From: Xenococcaceae cyanobacterium
Lineage (GTDB): Bacteria > Cyanobacteriota > Cyanobacteriia > Cyanobacteriales > JBFRWF01
Assembly (NCBI GenBank): GCA_051439465.1
Contig: JBFRWF010000273.1
Coordinates: forward strand, 46,666 to 110,665
Reading direction: 5' to 3'
DNA length: 64,000 nt
The first letter of the stretch is position 1. Every line of letters begins with the position of its first letter. Positions 8,416 to 18,067 of this stretch are shown in pieces. The notes under the pieces are model-generated. The model was not told the DNA's origin and made no database searches. It was given only the letters and a program-made list of their open reading frames with translations. The translations under genes and the position numbers were made by a program.

Positions 8416-10500
8416 ATGAACCATCAACCCAAACTCGGCAAATGCCCATTCGCTCTCCTCCCTCACTGGTTCGTTGTTGTCTGTTTAACAGTTGTCCTTG
8501 GGTTTCCCAGTAGTGCCAGTGCTAACACCCTACCGACGCGCATTTGGGATATCCCCAGTGTGGAGTCTGACACTTATACAACCCAGGTTTTACTCCCAGA
8601 TTGGGGTCAGATTACCTTTAAGAATTTCCCGCCTGCAAGTCGCGATGGTGCAATTGAAAGCTTGGGTCGAAGCTGGAAGGCAGGACAAACCCCAGATCAA
8701 TTCTTACAACTGGGGGACATCAGTTCTGCTCTCAATGCCCAAATCCTTTCTGTGGGGGCAATTGAACAATTAGCTTTAGAGAGTATCGACTTAGACAGCA
8801 TTCCCCTTTCCAGCTTTCCTTTAGTGGGAGAGCAACTCATCAGTCACTTGACCCAGATTGTTCCCCATTTGGGTCAATTTAAATTAGGTGATGTTGCCCC
8901 CTTGTCCAGCCTCGCCTCCCAAATCTTGGGCAATGTGGAAATCCCCGGTCTGGGCAGTATCTTTGAGCTGCCAATTGCCCAGGTAGTCTCTCACTTCCCT
9001 GCCTTTGCTGAGGCTCAACTAAATCAGATTGACCTGGCTCAGTTTGCCTTTACCGAGATTCCCAACTTAGAAAATGTCTCTTTGGAGAAATTCACAGGCT
9101 GGCAGGAACAGCCCCTGACTGAGATTCCCAACTTCAACACCGTTCCCCTGAGTAGCTTTCCCAATCCCGTTACCGAAGTTGGCAATGTGGTCATGCGAAT
9201 CGACATGATTTACAGTGCGGCGGATAGCAAGCGCAATAACACCGTTTCCGGTTCAGATGTTGAGGGCTTCGCTGTCGATTGTAATACTGATTGTGCCTAC
9301 ATCGAACTCGATAACTTAGAGAACGCTGGTCGCAAAGCAAGGACAGCTCTTGAGGGCAAGCAGTGGATTAGTGGCAAATACCAAGAAGTCCAGGGAGGAC
9401 ACGGCTGTCTGGCAGGCGCGAACGGTGGCAAAGAGCCAACGGGCAGGCATCCTTTTGGCAGTCTCTTCAAGGTGGTGCTGGAAGAGCCAGACGAAACCAC
9501 TGATACGGTGAATACGGCTCTCTATTTCCGCTTTAGTAACTTCTGCGGTCACGCGCCCTACTTTGTCGGTCCAATTCCCTTTTTCAGCTATCGCATCAAT
9601 TCCCCCATTTTCTTGGGTGCGCTCAATGACGACCCAATCCCCTCGTCTCCGGCGGTTTCTGAACCAACGGGGGCAACGCGAAACCGAGGTTCAACGCCAG
9701 AGGCAGTCAACTGTGAGCCAGCTTCTGCCTTTGAGCGGGTGCTGCCTGCCACCTATGTGGAAGGGGTTGATGTGGCTCGTTTAGGGAAAGCGATCGCTAC
9801 TTTAACTGGCAAGGGAAGCTACCAAGCAGTCGGCGCTTATGTTTGTACTGATGGGGGCAGCCATTGCGGCGCAGCCCTTGGCAAGTACCAATTGATGTCC
9901 TATCGCGATGATGTGAGGCAATCTATTGGTTCTGTCCCTGGTGGGGTCGAGTTTTTAGCTCGCATTGATAATGGCTACCAACCAACTCAGGCAGAGGTGT
10001 TTCAATACTTCCCCCCTGTTGCCCAGGATAAAGTGTTTCAGAACTCTTTAGCTAGGGATGTTGTTGCCACCCGCCAACAAATTGACCCCACAACAGGTCA
10101 ACCATTTACGGGGACTCGCTTGGTTGAGCGCGTGGCGCAAAAGCACTTTGGCGGAGTTGCGAGTAAGGTGGATGCCAGCTATTCTAACATCCTAGGTGAC
10201 TACTCTCTCAAAAGCTATGGGGAGCAAGTGCGTCAAATCTACAACAGTGGACGGGGGACTTCCTTGTCGGCGGACTCTTCTGGGGACAACTTTGCTGCTG
10301 GAACCTGCATTCCTACTTCTGGGAGTTCAGGTAATGTTAGTGCCATGCTTGGGTCTAGCTTCATTGTTCTCAAGATTTTCCTGTCCTTGGGTTTAGTGAG
10401 GGTGCCAAGCTGGTTGGGATGCAAGTTTAAGAAGTTTAAGTATTCAATCTTACTGGCTTTGAGTGCTGCTGTGGTGGCATTGGGTTCGTTCCTTTTCTAG
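8416..10500 (+). CDS. Secreted, membrane-anchored protein with a lambda-lysozyme-like (GH104-type lytic transglycosylase) region; candidate VirB1-type cell-wall hydrolase
   Basis: N-terminal signal-like helix (WFVVVCLTVVLGFPSSASA) and C-terminal hydrophobic helices. The segment GAALGKYQLMSYRDDV...QYFPPVAQDKVFQNSL parallels phage lambda R GAGRYQLLSRWWDAY...DFSPKSQDAVALQQI. Confidence 0.55.
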   Translation: MNHQPKLGKCPFALLPHWFVVVCLTVVLGFPSSASANTLPTRIWDIPSVESDTYTTQVLLPDWGQITFKNFPPASRDGAIESLGRSWKAGQTPDQFLQLGDISSALNAQILSVGAIEQLALESIDLDSIPLSSFPLVGEQLISHLTQIVPHLGQFKLGDVAPLSSLASQILGNVEIPGLGSIFELPIAQVVSHFPAFAEAQLNQIDLAQFAFTEIPNLENVSLEKFTGWQEQPLTEIPNFNTVPLSSFPNPVTEVGNVVMRIDMIYSAADSKRNNTVSGSDVEGFAVDCNTDCAYIELDNLENAGRKARTALEGKQWISGKYQEVQGGHGCLAGANGGKEPTGRHPFGSLFKVVLEEPDETTDTVNTALYFRFSNFCGHAPYFVGPIPFFSYRINSPIFLGALNDDPIPSSPAVSEPTGATRNRGSTPEAVNCEPASAFERVLPATYVEGVDVARLGKAIATLTGKGSYQAVGAYVCTDGGSHCGAALGKYQLMSYRDDVRQSIGSVPGGVEFLARIDNGYQPTQAEVFQYFPPVAQDKVFQNSLARDVVATRQQIDPTTGQPFTGTRLVERVAQKHFGGVASKVDASYSNILGDYSLKSYGEQVRQIYNSGRGTSLSADSSGDNFAAGTCIPTSGSSGNVSAMLGSSFIVLKIFLSLGLVRVPSWLGCKFKKFKYSILLALSAAVVALGSFLF

Positions 10501-10511
10501 AGGTAAAAAAG

Positions 10512-11114
10512 ATGACTAATTCAGTTAACCCTCGACCTCCTAGAAGGCTGAGTCACCTTGTCTATTGGTTTCGGCTGGGTCTAATCCTTTTTGTTGTTAT
10601 TTCCACAATGCTTGGGATTACAGGCTGTAGCCGTCCGACAGTTACCTCTGTTGCTTGGCAGAAAGCGACGCACTTAAGTGACCAAGAGACCTTGAAGCAA
10701 ATAGTAGAAAGTCATACCAGCGACTCGCCCGAACCGACTGAGGTGACGGTCAACCGCATGGGCGTTTGGACCCATCAAGGCGAGTTAGGTACGCTCAAAA
10801 TCTACGACTTCAACACTCCCAATCTTTGTGGTTCGTTAGGCTGTCTTTATGTTGGCTATTTAGAGCCAGCAGGAACAGATAGTCCCGGTTTTGGCAAGGA
10901 AGTCTTCACTGCTTATTTAGACCCTAACTTGGAGCCTGATACTCCCCTATTCCAAGTTAAGCAGGAGGATACAGCAATGTTGGATCGGGGTTTACCTTGT
11001 TTGCTGCTGAATCAGCTAGAAGGCGGTGGCGACCATCTCCGCAAGATTGAGTATTGCTTCAACGGTCGCTCTTACCAACTTACTGAAGAGCGCTTGTTTT
11101 CAAGGCAAAAGTAA
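10512..11114 (+). CDS. Putative lipoprotein, unknown function
   Basis: A signal helix is followed by the lipobox-like MLGITGCSRP. The gene follows the 694-aa gene after 11 nt. Confidence 0.55.
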   Translation: MTNSVNPRPPRRLSHLVYWFRLGLILFVVISTMLGITGCSRPTVTSVAWQKATHLSDQETLKQIVESHTSDSPEPTEVTVNRMGVWTHQGELGTLKIYDFNTPNLCGSLGCLYVGYLEPAGTDSPGFGKEVFTAYLDPNLEPDTPLFQVKQEDTAMLDRGLPCLLLNQLEGGGDHLRKIEYCFNGRSYQLTEERLFSRQK

Positions 11115-11121
11115 AAATGAC

Positions 11122-12120
11122 TTACTCTAAGTCTTCAAATGCTTCAAATTCTGAGTCAGTTTCAAACTCATTGAGTTCATCTAGTTCTTCGTCTGACTCT
11201 TCTTCAACCTGGGTGATTGTACGGGGTTGTTTTCCTTTTTTCGCAGGTGGTAACACGCTTACTTCCGGTTCAGCACCAGCAGCTAAAGCAGGTAATTGTG
11301 ACTCTCCGGCCTCGATAAACCCGGCGATGTTGTTGTGGAATTCCCAAATCTGCTTTTTCTTCTTGGGCTGTCCCAGGAATAATTTAGGCAGATTCCCTAG
11401 GGTTGGCTTAGTAATCTTATAGGTTTTGCAGCAGTAAGATTTGTTTTTGCCTTCTCCTTCCCGAATGGCTTTGAATTCGATGTTGAGGACACCTAAAGAA
11501 CGCCATTTATCATTTTTGCCCCTGTACTCTACCTCTAGTCCCTGTTCTTTGCAGTAGTCGTAGAAGACCTTTTCTAAGGTACGGTAAAATTCCTCGCGGG
11601 CGCTCTTGAATGACCACAGAGATACATTCTTGAAGCGGACAACAATTGGAACTTTATGTAGGGGTTTATTCTTGGCATCTAAGAAGATGAGTGCGTGTTC
11701 AGAACACACATCCATTGTCTTCTTATTGAGGCTATGTCGGTAATCTTCATATAGTCCGATGAAAGTACCCGCTTGTTCGCCGTTTTCTTCGCTAGGTTTA
11801 TAGCGGATATATTCCGGCACAAATGCCAGCACCAGCATCCGAGTTTTCGCAATTAGCAATCCTGTTACTTCCTCGGTTAGTTCTACGGTAGTTAACTTCT
11901 CTTCTGGGGGCATTTCCAGCCATTCACTTTTGACGATCTGGTCAGCAGGAATGAGGATACCTGCGGGTTGGTCGTTGATAATAATGCCGTAGGGCAGAGA
12001 GGGCTTACGGGTTTGGTTGTACTTCACATCTAACAATTCAGGGTCAATTTCGTAGACCTCGATAGCATCAGTATTGTCATGATTAGCACGGGATTTGTTG
12101 GGTGTTTTATTTTTGACCAT
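11122..12120 (-). CDS. Conserved hypothetical protein with a strongly acidic C-terminal tail (possibly the cyanobacterial plasmid family annotated DUF5895; from memory, unverified)
   Basis: 332-aa ORF ending SDEELDELNEFETDSEFEAFEDLE. It is divergent from the coupling-protein gene. Confidence 0.65.
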   Translation of the reverse strand: MVKNKTPNKSRANHDNTDAIEVYEIDPELLDVKYNQTRKPSLPYGIIINDQPAGILIPADQIVKSEWLEMPPEEKLTTVELTEEVTGLLIAKTRMLVLAFVPEYIRYKPSEENGEQAGTFIGLYEDYRHSLNKKTMDVCSEHALIFLDAKNKPLHKVPIVVRFKNVSLWSFKSAREEFYRTLEKVFYDYCKEQGLEVEYRGKNDKWRSLGVLNIEFKAIREGEGKNKSYCCKTYKITKPTLGNLPKLFLGQPKKKKQIWEFHNNIAGFIEAGESQLPALAAGAEPEVSVLPPAKKGKQPRTITQVEEESDEELDELNEFETDSEFEAFEDLE

Positions 12121-12200
12121 TTTCCTCTAGGTTTTGATTGCCCTTTGATGAGGCGTTAGCCTCTGAGACAAGTCAAAAGTCAAAAGTGTTATTTCTTGAT

Positions 12201-12209
12201 TGGTATAAT
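12201..12209 (+). promoter_or_regulatory. Extended -10-like box TGGTATAAT upstream of the coupling-protein ATG
   Basis: Exact TGnTATAAT match 20 nt upstream of ATG 12229. No convincing -35 at canonical spacing. Confidence 0.3.
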
Positions 12210-12228
12210 TATTGGATTGTTCAAGAAA

Positions 12229-14151
12229 ATGAAACCTTTTCGCCCTCTTTTAATTCAGACACAATCTACTACCCACCAACGTACCACAGGAATTGATTTT
12301 GGTGGCTTAATGGGTCAATTTATGAATGCCGAAGGTTTAACCATGTTGGGCATTCTTTTAGGTTTATTTATCCTTGCTAAATTTGCAGGCAATGGCAAAG
12401 GCAAGCTAACCTCTGGGCGTTTTGTCGGTTCCCTTGAGAAAATGAATGCCACTAGCATGGCTCTCAAACAAATGAAAGAGAAAAAACGCCAGCCTGTTAC
12501 TTTGTGGAGTGGTACGCCGCAGTATTGGTTTGGTGGTCAGTGGAAAGGGTTGAGTGCTAGATTACAAACGATGCTAGGAGCATCTCCCACAGTATGGTTC
12601 CCGAATGCTGAACGGGGAACGCTGGTAATTGGCGCACCGGGAAGTGGCAAGACCTTTAGCGTCATCGATAGAATGATTGAAAGCGCTTTTGGGCAAGGAT
12701 TTTCCCTCATTTGCTATGACAAGAAAGGCGACCAAATGAAGCTTCATGCCCCAATGGCAGTGCGTTATGGTTACGATGTCCAAGTCTTTGCCCCTGGCGA
12801 ACCCTATAGTGGGGTAATTAATCCTCTTGACTTTATGAGGGATGCTCAAGATGCTGTCATGGCTGGGGAAATTGGACAGGTGATTGCTCGCAATGCCAGT
12901 TCTGGAGAGGGTAAAGGGAACGAGTTCTTTCAAAAAGCTGGTGAAATGATGGCTAAGGGTTTGGTGCAGCTTGCCAAAGGCAGTGATTATCCAGATCTGG
13001 CAATGGTTTATGCCATCATCCAATTGCCCGATTTAGTCAAGCGAATTGAACATGCTGTACATCGCCCTGACGGTCATCCCCTGAAAATGGATCGCTGGAT
13101 TGCCTCTAGTTTTTCTCAGTTATTATCCTCGAAGGATGCGGAAAAAACAGTGGCAGGTATCAAAGCGACAGCCGAGGCTACTTACTCGGCATTCATTCAA
13201 AAAGACTTGCTGCGGGCTTTTATTGGGCGCAGTACGATTCCCCTGTGCCTAGAAGGGAAGCAGGCGATTTTCTTTAAGTTAGATGACGAGCGACGGGCAG
13301 TTCTTGGGCCATTGTTAGCCTCAGCAATTCATTTATGTGTGGTGGCGAATTTGTCTCGACCTCGGACTAGCCCTTTTGTCTACTCGTTAGATGAATTTCC
13401 TTCCCTCAAGCTAGACCGGATTGTGAATTGGGTCAACGAGTACCGCAGTAATGGTGGCGTGCCAATCATTGGCATTCAAAGTTTGAACCAGTTGTACGAC
13501 ACCTATGGGGATAAGCGAGGGGCGGCGATCGCTAGTGCTTTATCGACCCATGTGCTGTTCAATCCAGGGGATTACGACACCGCCGAAAAGTACTCCAAGC
13601 GTTACGGCGAGACTGAAGTCATGCTCAGAAATCGCTCTACGGGTAATTCTATGGGGCAGCAGTCAACTCGGTCTATCAATTGGAGCGAGCAAATTCAGAA
13701 AAAGCCCTTGATTAGTGCTGACGAGATTATGCGGTTTCCCCAAGGCAAGTGCGCGATTACTTCTCCGGCTTATGGTTCTGGGGGTGAAGCCCTATTTCCC
13801 TATCCGCTGAAGATTCCAGTTCCCAAACAGGATATCAAACGGCAAGAGGAGAGTATCGCGCTTTGGGATACTCAGATTAGACCCCAATTAGAGCGGCGAG
13901 CTAGATTCCATTTTGTTGACCGCAATACTGGTAAGGAAATCAATATTGATGAAGAGTTGGAACAGCGGATTAGAGCAGCTTTCAAACTGCTCCCCCATCC
14001 AGACGAATCGGACGATCCGGTAACGGCTTCTGTGCATCAGCCCCAGCGCAATCAAACCTCGACCTCTGCGGATGCAATTAACACGAACGCCGTCTATAGT
14101 TATCGTGAGCGTTTGGCTAAAGCTAAGGTGGGAAGTTTGAGTAGAAGTTGA
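12229..14151 (+). CDS. virD4: Type IV coupling protein (VirD4/TraG family)
   Basis: N-terminal TM helices, Walker A VIGAPGSGKTFS, Walker B-like FVYSLDEFPSL, and GIQSLNQL. The track ORF starts at TTG 12196. ATG 12229 (MKPFRPLL) is the more likely start. Confidence 0.85.
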   Translation: MKPFRPLLIQTQSTTHQRTTGIDFGGLMGQFMNAEGLTMLGILLGLFILAKFAGNGKGKLTSGRFVGSLEKMNATSMALKQMKEKKRQPVTLWSGTPQYWFGGQWKGLSARLQTMLGASPTVWFPNAERGTLVIGAPGSGKTFSVIDRMIESAFGQGFSLICYDKKGDQMKLHAPMAVRYGYDVQVFAPGEPYSGVINPLDFMRDAQDAVMAGEIGQVIARNASSGEGKGNEFFQKAGEMMAKGLVQLAKGSDYPDLAMVYAIIQLPDLVKRIEHAVHRPDGHPLKMDRWIASSFSQLLSSKDAEKTVAGIKATAEATYSAFIQKDLLRAFIGRSTIPLCLEGKQAIFFKLDDERRAVLGPLLASAIHLCVVANLSRPRTSPFVYSLDEFPSLKLDRIVNWVNEYRSNGGVPIIGIQSLNQLYDTYGDKRGAAIASALSTHVLFNPGDYDTAEKYSKRYGETEVMLRNRSTGNSMGQQSTRSINWSEQIQKKPLISADEIMRFPQGKCAITSPAYGSGGEALFPYPLKIPVPKQDIKRQEESIALWDTQIRPQLERRARFHFVDRNTGKEINIDEELEQRIRAAFKLLPHPDESDDPVTASVHQPQRNQTSTSADAINTNAVYSYRERLAKAKVGSLSRS

Positions 14152-14174
14152 TGTTCTGAAATCAGCGATGTGCC

Positions 14175-16064
14175 ATGAGCAATTCGAATCGGGATTTAGA
14201 GGCTGAAAATCAGCGTCTGCGACAAGAAATCAGACTGCTTAAGCAGAAAGAGGAATACCTGAGGAATCTGCGGTTGATTAAGTTCGCTTTGGATCGGTCT
14301 AGAGATTGCGTTTTGTTTATTAATCGAAGCGCTCTGATTTTCTATGCCAATAAGTCAGCTTCCTTGACTTTAGGTTATCCCCAAAAAGAGCTGTTGGGAA
14401 TGAGTTTAAATGATATTGATATCAACCTACTCCCTTCTGTTTGGTTTTCTCGTTATGCTGAACTGAAGCAAAAAAGTTATTTGACTTTTGATTCAGTTTG
14501 GCAGAGAAAAGATAGTTCTCATATTTTTGTTGAAATTGTCTTGAATTTTTTGGAGTACAAGGGTAAAAACTTCTGTTGCGCTACGGTTCGCGATATCGGC
14601 GAGCGCAAGCAGGCAGAGTCATCTTTACAGCAAGCCAAAGAAGCAGCAGAGACAGCTAATTTAGCCAAGAGCCAATTTTTAGCAAATATGAGTCACGAAT
14701 TGCGTACTCCTCTCAACACGATTTTAGGGTTTACTCAATTAATAGCCCGGACAAAAAATATTGACCGTCAGCAACAGGAATATTTGAGAATCATCAATCG
14801 GAGCGGCGAGCATTTACTTTTGTTAATTAACGACATTCTCCAAATGTCCAAAATTGAAGCAGGTAAAGAGGTATTAGTTGAGAGTAGTTTTGATTTGTAT
14901 GTCCTGCTCAATTCAATGGAGGAGATGTGGAAATTAAAGGCCGAATCTAAAGATTTAGCGTTAAATGTTGAGTGGACAGCAGACATACCTCAGTATGTGC
15001 AGGCTGATGAGAGTAAATTGCGTCAGATTTTGATTAACCTGCTGGAAAATGCCATCAAATTTACGCCTGAGGGCAGTGTCACTTTGCGAGTTGCTCGCGG
15101 CAAAGAACAACCGACTGCTGAAGGCGGACAAATGACAATCCATTTTGAAGTAGAAGACACGGGTATTGGGATTGCACCAGAGGAAATTGAGAATTTGTTT
15201 GAGGCTTTTGTGCAAACAGAAGCGGGGCGTAAATCTCAGCAAGGTACAGGTTTAGGACTGCCCATTAGTCGTAATTTTGTCCAATTGATGGGGGGCAATC
15301 TTTCTGTTGACAGTGCGGTGGGTAGGGGAAGTTGTTTTGCCTTTGATGTGTTAGTCCGTCCGCTAGCATCGATAGACACAAGTTCTCAAGCTCGCGCTCG
15401 GGTTATTGCTCTTGCTCCAGAACAGCCCCAGTATCGGATTTTGGTAGTTGAAGATGTTAAGGAGAATCGTCTCCTGCTAACCCAGTTGTTGAGAGCAGTG
15501 GGGTTTGATGTTAGGTCGGCAAAAAATGGTCAAGAAGCAGTCGCTTTGTGGCAAAGTTGGCGTCCCCATCTCATCTGGATGGATATTCGCATGCCCTTGA
15601 TGGATGGTTATCAGGCGACTAGAGTGATTCGCGAGCTAGAGTCAGAGAGTCAGAGAACTGTCATTATTGCTCTGACTGCCAGTGCCTTTTCTGACAAGCG
15701 AGAAAGGGTGCTCAAAGCAGGGTGTGATGACTTTGTTGCCAAACCTTTCCGCTCAGACATAATTTTTGAAAAGATGGCTCAATATCTTGGGATTCGCTAT
15801 CTCCACAAGGAACCTGATTCAAGCTTTGAACTTTCCTTTGATTCATCTAGTCATCAGTTGACCCCAGCCGTATTTGATGGGTTACCGAAGCAGTTGTTAG
15901 TCGAACTTGAGCAAGCCGCAGCAATGGGAGATGCGAATTTGGTTAGGCAGATTATCGCCAATCTTCCAGAATCCCATGCCTCCTTAGCTGCTTCCTTGAG
16001 TGAATTGGTTGATAAATTTCGTTTAGATACGATTAGCGATTCTGTTGAAATTATGCTTTCTTAG
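14175..16064 (+). CDS. Hybrid sensor histidine kinase (coiled-coil/PAS-like, HisKA, HATPase, receiver, C-terminal helical HPt-like region)
   Basis: H-box MSHELRTPLN; N and G boxes LINLLENAIKFT, DTGIGI, GTGLGLPIS; receiver ILVVEDVKENR...WMDIRMPLMDG...ALTASA. Confidence 0.9.
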   Translation: MSNSNRDLEAENQRLRQEIRLLKQKEEYLRNLRLIKFALDRSRDCVLFINRSALIFYANKSASLTLGYPQKELLGMSLNDIDINLLPSVWFSRYAELKQKSYLTFDSVWQRKDSSHIFVEIVLNFLEYKGKNFCCATVRDIGERKQAESSLQQAKEAAETANLAKSQFLANMSHELRTPLNTILGFTQLIARTKNIDRQQQEYLRIINRSGEHLLLLINDILQMSKIEAGKEVLVESSFDLYVLLNSMEEMWKLKAESKDLALNVEWTADIPQYVQADESKLRQILINLLENAIKFTPEGSVTLRVARGKEQPTAEGGQMTIHFEVEDTGIGIAPEEIENLFEAFVQTEAGRKSQQGTGLGLPISRNFVQLMGGNLSVDSAVGRGSCFAFDVLVRPLASIDTSSQARARVIALAPEQPQYRILVVEDVKENRLLLTQLLRAVGFDVRSAKNGQEAVALWQSWRPHLIWMDIRMPLMDGYQATRVIRELESESQRTVIIALTASAFSDKRERVLKAGCDDFVAKPFRSDIIFEKMAQYLGIRYLHKEPDSSFELSFDSSSHQLTPAVFDGLPKQLLVELEQAAAMGDANLVRQIIANLPESHASLAASLSELVDKFRLDTISDSVEIMLS

Positions 16065-16068
16065 TAAG

Positions 16069-17211
16069 ATGAATGCAGATATTTTGATTGTTGATGATAC
16101 GCCGGAAAATCTTCATATTTTGTCGTCAATATTGACTGAAAAAGGTTATCGAGTCAGGAATGCGATTAATGGTCAGCGAGCCTTCAAAGCTATACAAAGG
16201 CAAGTCCCCGATTTAATTTTATTAGATATCAAAATGCCATACATGGATGGTTATGAGGTCTGTCGTCGCCTTAAACAATCAGAAAATAATCGCAAGATTC
16301 CGATTATTTTTATTAGTGCTTTAGATGATGTATTTGATAAAGTGAAAGCCTTTGAAGTGGGGGGAATTGACTATATCACTAAACCCTTTCAAGTCTTTGA
16401 AGTGATGGCGAGAGTTGGCGCTCAACTGGAGATTAGCCGTCTGCAACAGCAATTGGCAGAGCAAAATGAGCGATTAGCCCAGCAAAATAAGCAATTGAGT
16501 CAAGAAATTGCCGAACGGGAAAAGGCAGAATCAGGACTACGAGTTCTGTTGCACGCTGTTTCCCACGATTTGCGCAATCCCGTTACAGGCATGTCCCTGA
16601 CTTTGCAGAGTTTTCTGACTGATGGGCAGCAGGAAGTGGCAATTGATCGGCCAACATTGGAGAGAATGGTACAAAGTTGCGCTCGCCAGCTCAAGTTGAT
16701 TAATTCTCTAGTGGAGACGAGTCAGGGACAGGTTTGGGGGGTATCCCTTGAGTGCCAGTTAACCTCTCTCCATGCCTTGACAACTGACCTCCTCGCCGAG
16801 TGGAAGCCGATATTGTTCAAACATCAAGTCCTGCTTCAACATCAGGTTTCGTCGGATTTACCGTTAGTCAGTGTGGATGCGCACAAACTTTGGCGAGTAT
16901 TTGAGAATTTAATTGGCAACGCTATCAAATACAACCCCCCCGGATTTACTCTGACTTTGGCTGCTATTCATGAGGAGGACCGTATTTGCTGCAAGGTTGT
17001 AGATGATGGGGTAGGGATTCCTGCCCAGCAATGTCAGGGTTTGTTCGACCTTTACACAAGGGGAGCTGAGGTTAAGCCTACTGTTGGGTTGGGATTAGGA
17101 CTTTACTTGTGTCGTCAAATCATTAATGCTCACGGAGGACAGATTGGTGTGGAGAGTGCGTTAGGTAGGGGAACTACTTTCTGGTTTACTTTGCCGCTAA
17201 ACAAGTCCTAA
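16069..17211 (+). CDS. Response-regulator/histidine-kinase fusion (N-terminal receiver, coiled coil, HisKA, HATPase)
   Basis: Receiver ILIVDDTPENL...LDIKMPYMDG; H-box AVSHDLRNPV; GNAIKYN, DDGVGIP, GLGLGLYLCRQI. ATG 16069 lies 5 nt after the upstream stop. The track start is TTG 16045. Confidence 0.85.
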   Translation: MNADILIVDDTPENLHILSSILTEKGYRVRNAINGQRAFKAIQRQVPDLILLDIKMPYMDGYEVCRRLKQSENNRKIPIIFISALDDVFDKVKAFEVGGIDYITKPFQVFEVMARVGAQLEISRLQQQLAEQNERLAQQNKQLSQEIAEREKAESGLRVLLHAVSHDLRNPVTGMSLTLQSFLTDGQQEVAIDRPTLERMVQSCARQLKLINSLVETSQGQVWGVSLECQLTSLHALTTDLLAEWKPILFKHQVLLQHQVSSDLPLVSVDAHKLWRVFENLIGNAIKYNPPGFTLTLAAIHEEDRICCKVVDDGVGIPAQQCQGLFDLYTRGAEVKPTVGLGLGLYLCRQIINAHGGQIGVESALGRGTTFWFTLPLNKS

Positions 17212-17868
17212 TTGTAAGGCTTTAACAGCAGCCTTAACTCGGTCGCTAACCGACATTTTCAAAAGAATTCTGCGAATATGACCTTTGATGGTATTAGGGC
17301 TCAGGTGCAGTGCTTCACCAATTTCGGTGTTGCTTTTACCTTCTGCTAAGAGCCTGAGAACTTGTATTTCCCGTTCTGAAAATCCAAAGTCTTCACTGCT
17401 ATTAGCGTCGTTTTTAGTCGGAGTGGGAGTTTTTGGCACAACATTTTTGACGACATAATCAGCAATTTTGGCATCGAGATAAACAGAACCTTCAGCCACA
17501 GTGGTAATGGCAGCGCATAGTTGAGCAATGCTAGTTCCTTTCACGCAGTAAGCATCAGCACCACTTGAGATAGCGGCTAGCACTTTATCCTCATCAGCAT
17601 AAGAGGTGAGGATAACGATGCGGACATCAGGCAGTACTGCTTTGATTCTTTGCATCGCCCCAATGCCATCAAGACCGGGCAAGCCAATATCCATCAAGAC
17701 GATATCCGGCTTCAGTTTGAGGGCAGTGTCTACGGCTAAATTACCATCCTCTACCTGTCCAGCAATGGTGATGCCTTGGGTACTCAGCATTCGAGATAAC
17801 CCGATTTGCATCATGGGATCGTCTTCGACAATCAGGATGCTAAGGCTTGGGGTGATGGTCATTGACAA
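17197..17868 (-). CDS. NarL/LuxR-family response regulator
   Basis: Receiver ILIVEDDPMMQ...MDIGLPGLDG and LuxR HTH SEREIQVLRLLAEGKSNTEIGEALHLSPNTIKGHIRRIL. Confidence 0.9.
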   Translation of the reverse strand: MSMTITPSLSILIVEDDPMMQIGLSRMLSTQGITIAGQVEDGNLAVDTALKLKPDIVLMDIGLPGLDGIGAMQRIKAVLPDVRIVILTSYADEDKVLAAISSGADAYCVKGTSIAQLCAAITTVAEGSVYLDAKIADYVVKNVVPKTPTPTKNDANSSEDFGFSEREIQVLRLLAEGKSNTEIGEALHLSPNTIKGHIRRILLKMSVSDRVKAAVKALQLGLV

Positions 17869-18067
17869 TTATGTAGGAATGTTAACTTTTTCAGTTAAGG
17901 TAATTCAATATGACTATTTGATGGTCTTGTATGTTCCCGCTTTGTCCAATTTTGCTCTGAGTTTTGCAAGGCAAGGGATAGACTTTCCAGACCCCGTCAA
18001 CAATTTGGCTATGGGACACGCACCTTTGAAGGGAGTCTTCCAGGTAAAACTGAGTTGTAGTGGTTAT

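Noticed and set aside
11117-11422. Ser-rich 101-aa ORF (SSSSSSDSSS)
   Set aside because: It is the antisense shadow of the acidic tail (GAA/GAT-rich codons) of the 332-aa minus-strand gene.
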